64,000 bases of DNA from the human T2T-CHM13v2.0 reference genome, Homo sapiens: the NCBI RefSeq assembly GCF_009914755.1, contig NC_060936.1; one strand, 5' to 3'. Positions within the stretch are counted from its first letter, which is position 1, and each line of letters opens with the position of its first letter. The position numbers were made by a program, and so were the translations under genes. This document shows positions 59,333 to 64,000 of the stretch, piece after piece. The notes beneath the pieces were generated by a model. It was not told where the DNA came from. It worked only from the letters and a program-made list of their open reading frames with translations, and did not search any database.

Positions 59333-59658
59333 TGCCATGGTCTGAATGTTTGTGTACCCCCCACAAATTCAAGTGTTGAAACCTAATCCCTAATGCAATA
59401 GTATTGGGAGGTGATTAGGTCTTGAGGGCTCTGCCTTCATGAATGGAATTAGTGCCCTTATAAAAGAGGCCTGAGGGAGCCTCTTCACCCCTCTGCCATG
59501 TGAAGACACAGAAGGCATCACTGTTTGGTGCCTTGCCAGACACCGAATCTGCTATTGCTTTGATCTTGGACTTCCCAGCCTCCAGAACTGTGAGCAATAC
59601 ATTGATAAATTCCTTAGTCTAGGATATTTTGTTATAGCAGCAGGAGTAGACTAAGACA
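59333..59658 (+). mobile_element. MLT1A0-like solo LTR
   Basis: tgccatggtctgaatgtttgtg...ggacttcccagcctccagaactgtgag...gactaagaca; TSD gaggt/gagat. Confidence 0.9.
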
Positions 59659-60254
59659 GAGATACCAAGTTTGTCTGTGGATTTGTGGCTTCCCAGGGCA
59701 GGTGAGCCTGGAGGAAGGACTCGTATGTGTGTTGTTTTTCTATGCCAGGAGTCAGAGGTTGGGCTGGGTCCCATGATCAGGGCTGCTGTTTAGGGCCGGG
59801 GTCTTCCTGTCTTCTGGCCTTGTGAATGGCCTGGTGCTTTGCCTGGCGAGAGGAGTCAGACTTTCCTCTCTTGCTGCAGTGTGTTGTTGCTGCTCTGCTG
59901 TCTAGCAGCTACCGTTGCCATGGAGCAGCAAGAGGTACTGTGCCAGTGGCCCCCCTCCCACTGTCCTTGCAACAGCTCCTCTGTCTGCCTCCTTAGCCCT
60001 CAGCCCTGCCATGGGATGGGGACAGAGGAGACTGCAGCAGCAAGTGTGGCTGATTTTAATTGATTTCTGCTTGGTACACATTTACTGGTGAGCTGTAGGT
60101 CAGCAACTTCCAACAGAGCTGAGATGGGAAGAGAATGGCTGGCTGCCTAGTTGCTTCCTGGGACTTTGAATGGCATCTTGGCATTTTACAAATGTGATCA
60201 TGGGAGCTGCTGATGGGACCTCCCCTAGAGATACAATGACAGCGGCACCTGTCA

Positions 60255-60790
60255 TCTCTACTATTATCTATAATGTGGCTTGTATTTATCAACTCACTTA
60301 AACCTGCAGGCAGTATTATCTCCATTTTACAGATAAGGAAACTAAAGCTCAGAGAGGTTAAGTAACTTGACCAAATTAACACAGTGAAAAAGGGGCAGAG
60401 CTGGGATCCAATCCCAGGCAATATGGCTTTATAGTTCATGTTCTTAACCACTATTTTATACTGCCTCTGTATTTCTAAACTAAAAGTTGAAACCTACCAT
60501 TGGAGATCTTTAAAAATAAAAGTAGGTCATTAGCTCTTTAAGACAGTCTATGTATGTAGCGACATTTATTAAATACTGACTGAATAAAGTACCTAAGAGT
60601 ATGCCAGGTACTCTTCTAGTTGCTCTCATGTATTAGCTCATTAATCCCCACAACACTCCTGAGAGGTAAGTATTATTATTTTCATCCCCATTTTGCAGAG
60701 GAGAAAACTGAGGCATGGAGAGGGTTAGTATCCACGGTCACAGAGCCAGGATGTGACAGGACTGGAACCCAATTGTCTGGCTCTAGATTC
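60255..60790 (-). mobile_element. Two MIR copies (about 60255-60470 and 60590-60790)
   Basis: ccattttacagataaggaaactaaagctcagagaggttaagtaacttg; ccattttgcagaggagaaaactgaggc. Confidence 0.85.
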
Positions 60791-62315
60791 TAAATAAAAG
60801 TGAAACTACTAGCTTATGAAACAAAATTTGACAAACCTCTCAACTTGGTTATTCTGACGGAAGAAATTCTAGGAATAGAGAACCCTCCTGGAGTTACCGT
60901 CTTAGTTACTAGAGCTCAGTTTGTGAGACTCCATAGCTTTTCAGAATATTTTATATTCTGAATAAAAAAATGCACACAACAAAAACAACCAGATACATTT
61001 GTTCAAAGGAACGATCCTCAGGATTTGTGGACAGTTCACTTCGAGACCAGTGTCTCTTACAATCTCAGTTTTCTGTCCTGAGCAGTTACCTTCAAAACTT
61101 AGGGGAAGAGCTCAGAGGATGTCTGAGTCCATTTTGCATCTTCATCACACAGAGCTCTGTGGCTGAGTGCATCATAGCTCTTAGGTACAGCAGACCTATT
61201 GGATTGATCAGCAGCAGAACTGTTATGCCTGGGGTAAGAACATAATGAAGTGGGGGAGATTCCAAGCTAGGAATTTGGGGCCCAGATTCTAGGGGATGCC
61301 TCCAGGGTTTTCAGGCTGCACCTTCTCCATTGATCTGCCCAGTTTATGGAGCCACAGGGGAATAAGTCCTGCTATTGAAGGTGATGTTGGTGCAGGTGGT
61401 ATTGGGGTGGCACCATTGACCATGCTGCACTGGGAGTCCCCAACCCTGGGCTTTCCCTTTTGAGGTTCAGTGTAGGCTCTTGATTCTGCTTCATAATCTT
61501 ACTTTACAGTTGGAGGAAGAGGACGGGTTGCGAAAGGAACTTCCTTTGCATGCGGTCAGAGTGCTGGGCCATCTGAACAGCCCCCTCCACGGTCTGCAAC
61601 ATTTCTACATTCTGATAGAAACAGTTAGTGGTCTTGACGTGTCTGACAACCTACAAAACCAACATATCCTGGGGTTTGATCTCTCTGGTGGTGTCAGAGG
61701 AGTCCAAAGTGAGCATCTGAAAGCTCGGCTGTGATCCAGCCTATTTGGGAGGATCTCTATTAAACCAGTGACTGCCCTCCCCACCCCACCTCTACTCCTA
61801 AAGGGTTCTGTTTCACAAGAGCCAGGCTCAGGTACCTGTTTTTCTCCACCCACACCTTGTTTATTCCTCTTTTCCTCACTGTCTTCGTTGTTGTTCTTGT
61901 TGTATATGAGAAAATCGACTCATTTTTAACATTTCGCAAGCCTCCCCCTCCCACTAGTAGGTGTGTGAGCAGCTGCAGATTTTACCGTCTGTAAACCTTC
62001 CACACTCCAGCAGATCCTCTTTCCACCTTTCAGCACTGTGCAGCCCACCCAAGCCACGTGCCTTCTTGGTGTCCCATCTATGCCTCTCTCTGAAATCAGG
62101 AACCAAGCTCACTGGGGATGAGCATGGCAGGACCTCAGGAAGAAGCCTACTCCTTTCCTTCCTGCAAGAAAATGTGCCAGGCATTTAGTATTAGGGATAC
62201 AGAAGTGGATACACAAGATTCTTGCCTTCAAGCAACTCGGGAATTTAGAAGGAATAGCAACAGTATTAACAATTGCTACCATTTATTCAGTTTCAGTATA
62301 TGTAAGCCACTGCAC

Positions 62316-62643
<328 letters not shown>

Positions 62644-62744
62644 TAATAATTCTCAAAACCAGCCTGGAACGTAGGAATTCTTGTTTTCATCTTGGAGATG
62701 AGAAAATGGCAGAGAGGATAAGTTAATCAGCTGAGGTCACATAG

Positions 62745-63101
<357 letters not shown>

Positions 63102-63345
63102 TAAGAACAATGTTGACTGAACGCCTCCAGCGTCCCACTTGTCAGTGCTTGTAGACACAGGCTTTCAGTCTCCTGAAGTGCTGTGGACACTTTGATCAGA
63201 GAGGGTCATGGCTTGTGAGGATCACCACACAAGAGGAAGTGGCAGCTCAGGTCTGATGATGAAGTTTGTCTGACTCCAGACCTTTCTGGCTCCTAACCCC
63301 TGGACCGTATCACCTCTCATCAAAACAGTGCAAGATGTATTATCA

Positions 63346-64000
<655 letters not shown>

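Overview
Primate (very likely human) non-coding genomic DNA, most plausibly part of one very long intron. I can support no protein-coding gene; the listed ORFs are repeat-derived or chance. The one gene-derived element is a full-length processed pseudogene of ATP synthase c-subunit ATP5MC1 (5622-6198, one premature TAG, no frameshift). It sits inside an MSTB-type LTR that itself interrupts a MIR. The rest is Alu, MIR, L2 and L1 fragments, MaLR solo LTRs (THE1/MST/MLT1), DNA-transposon fossils (MER2, MER5A, MER20, MER58, MER63, MER94, MADE1) and microsatellites, separated by repeat-poor islands dense in developmental TF motifs. Best leads: a 63-nt stop-containing exon candidate whose donor runs into (GT)18 (TDP-43 cryptic-exon layout), a 22-nt microexon candidate with a consensus donor, a MEIS/HOX/T-box motif cluster, an unexplained 24-bp-stem hairpin, and a probable twin-primed L1 at the right edge. 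I found no convincing new biological system; these are hypotheses. Repeat family names come from recalled consensus sequences, and boundaries are approximate unless TSDs are quoted.
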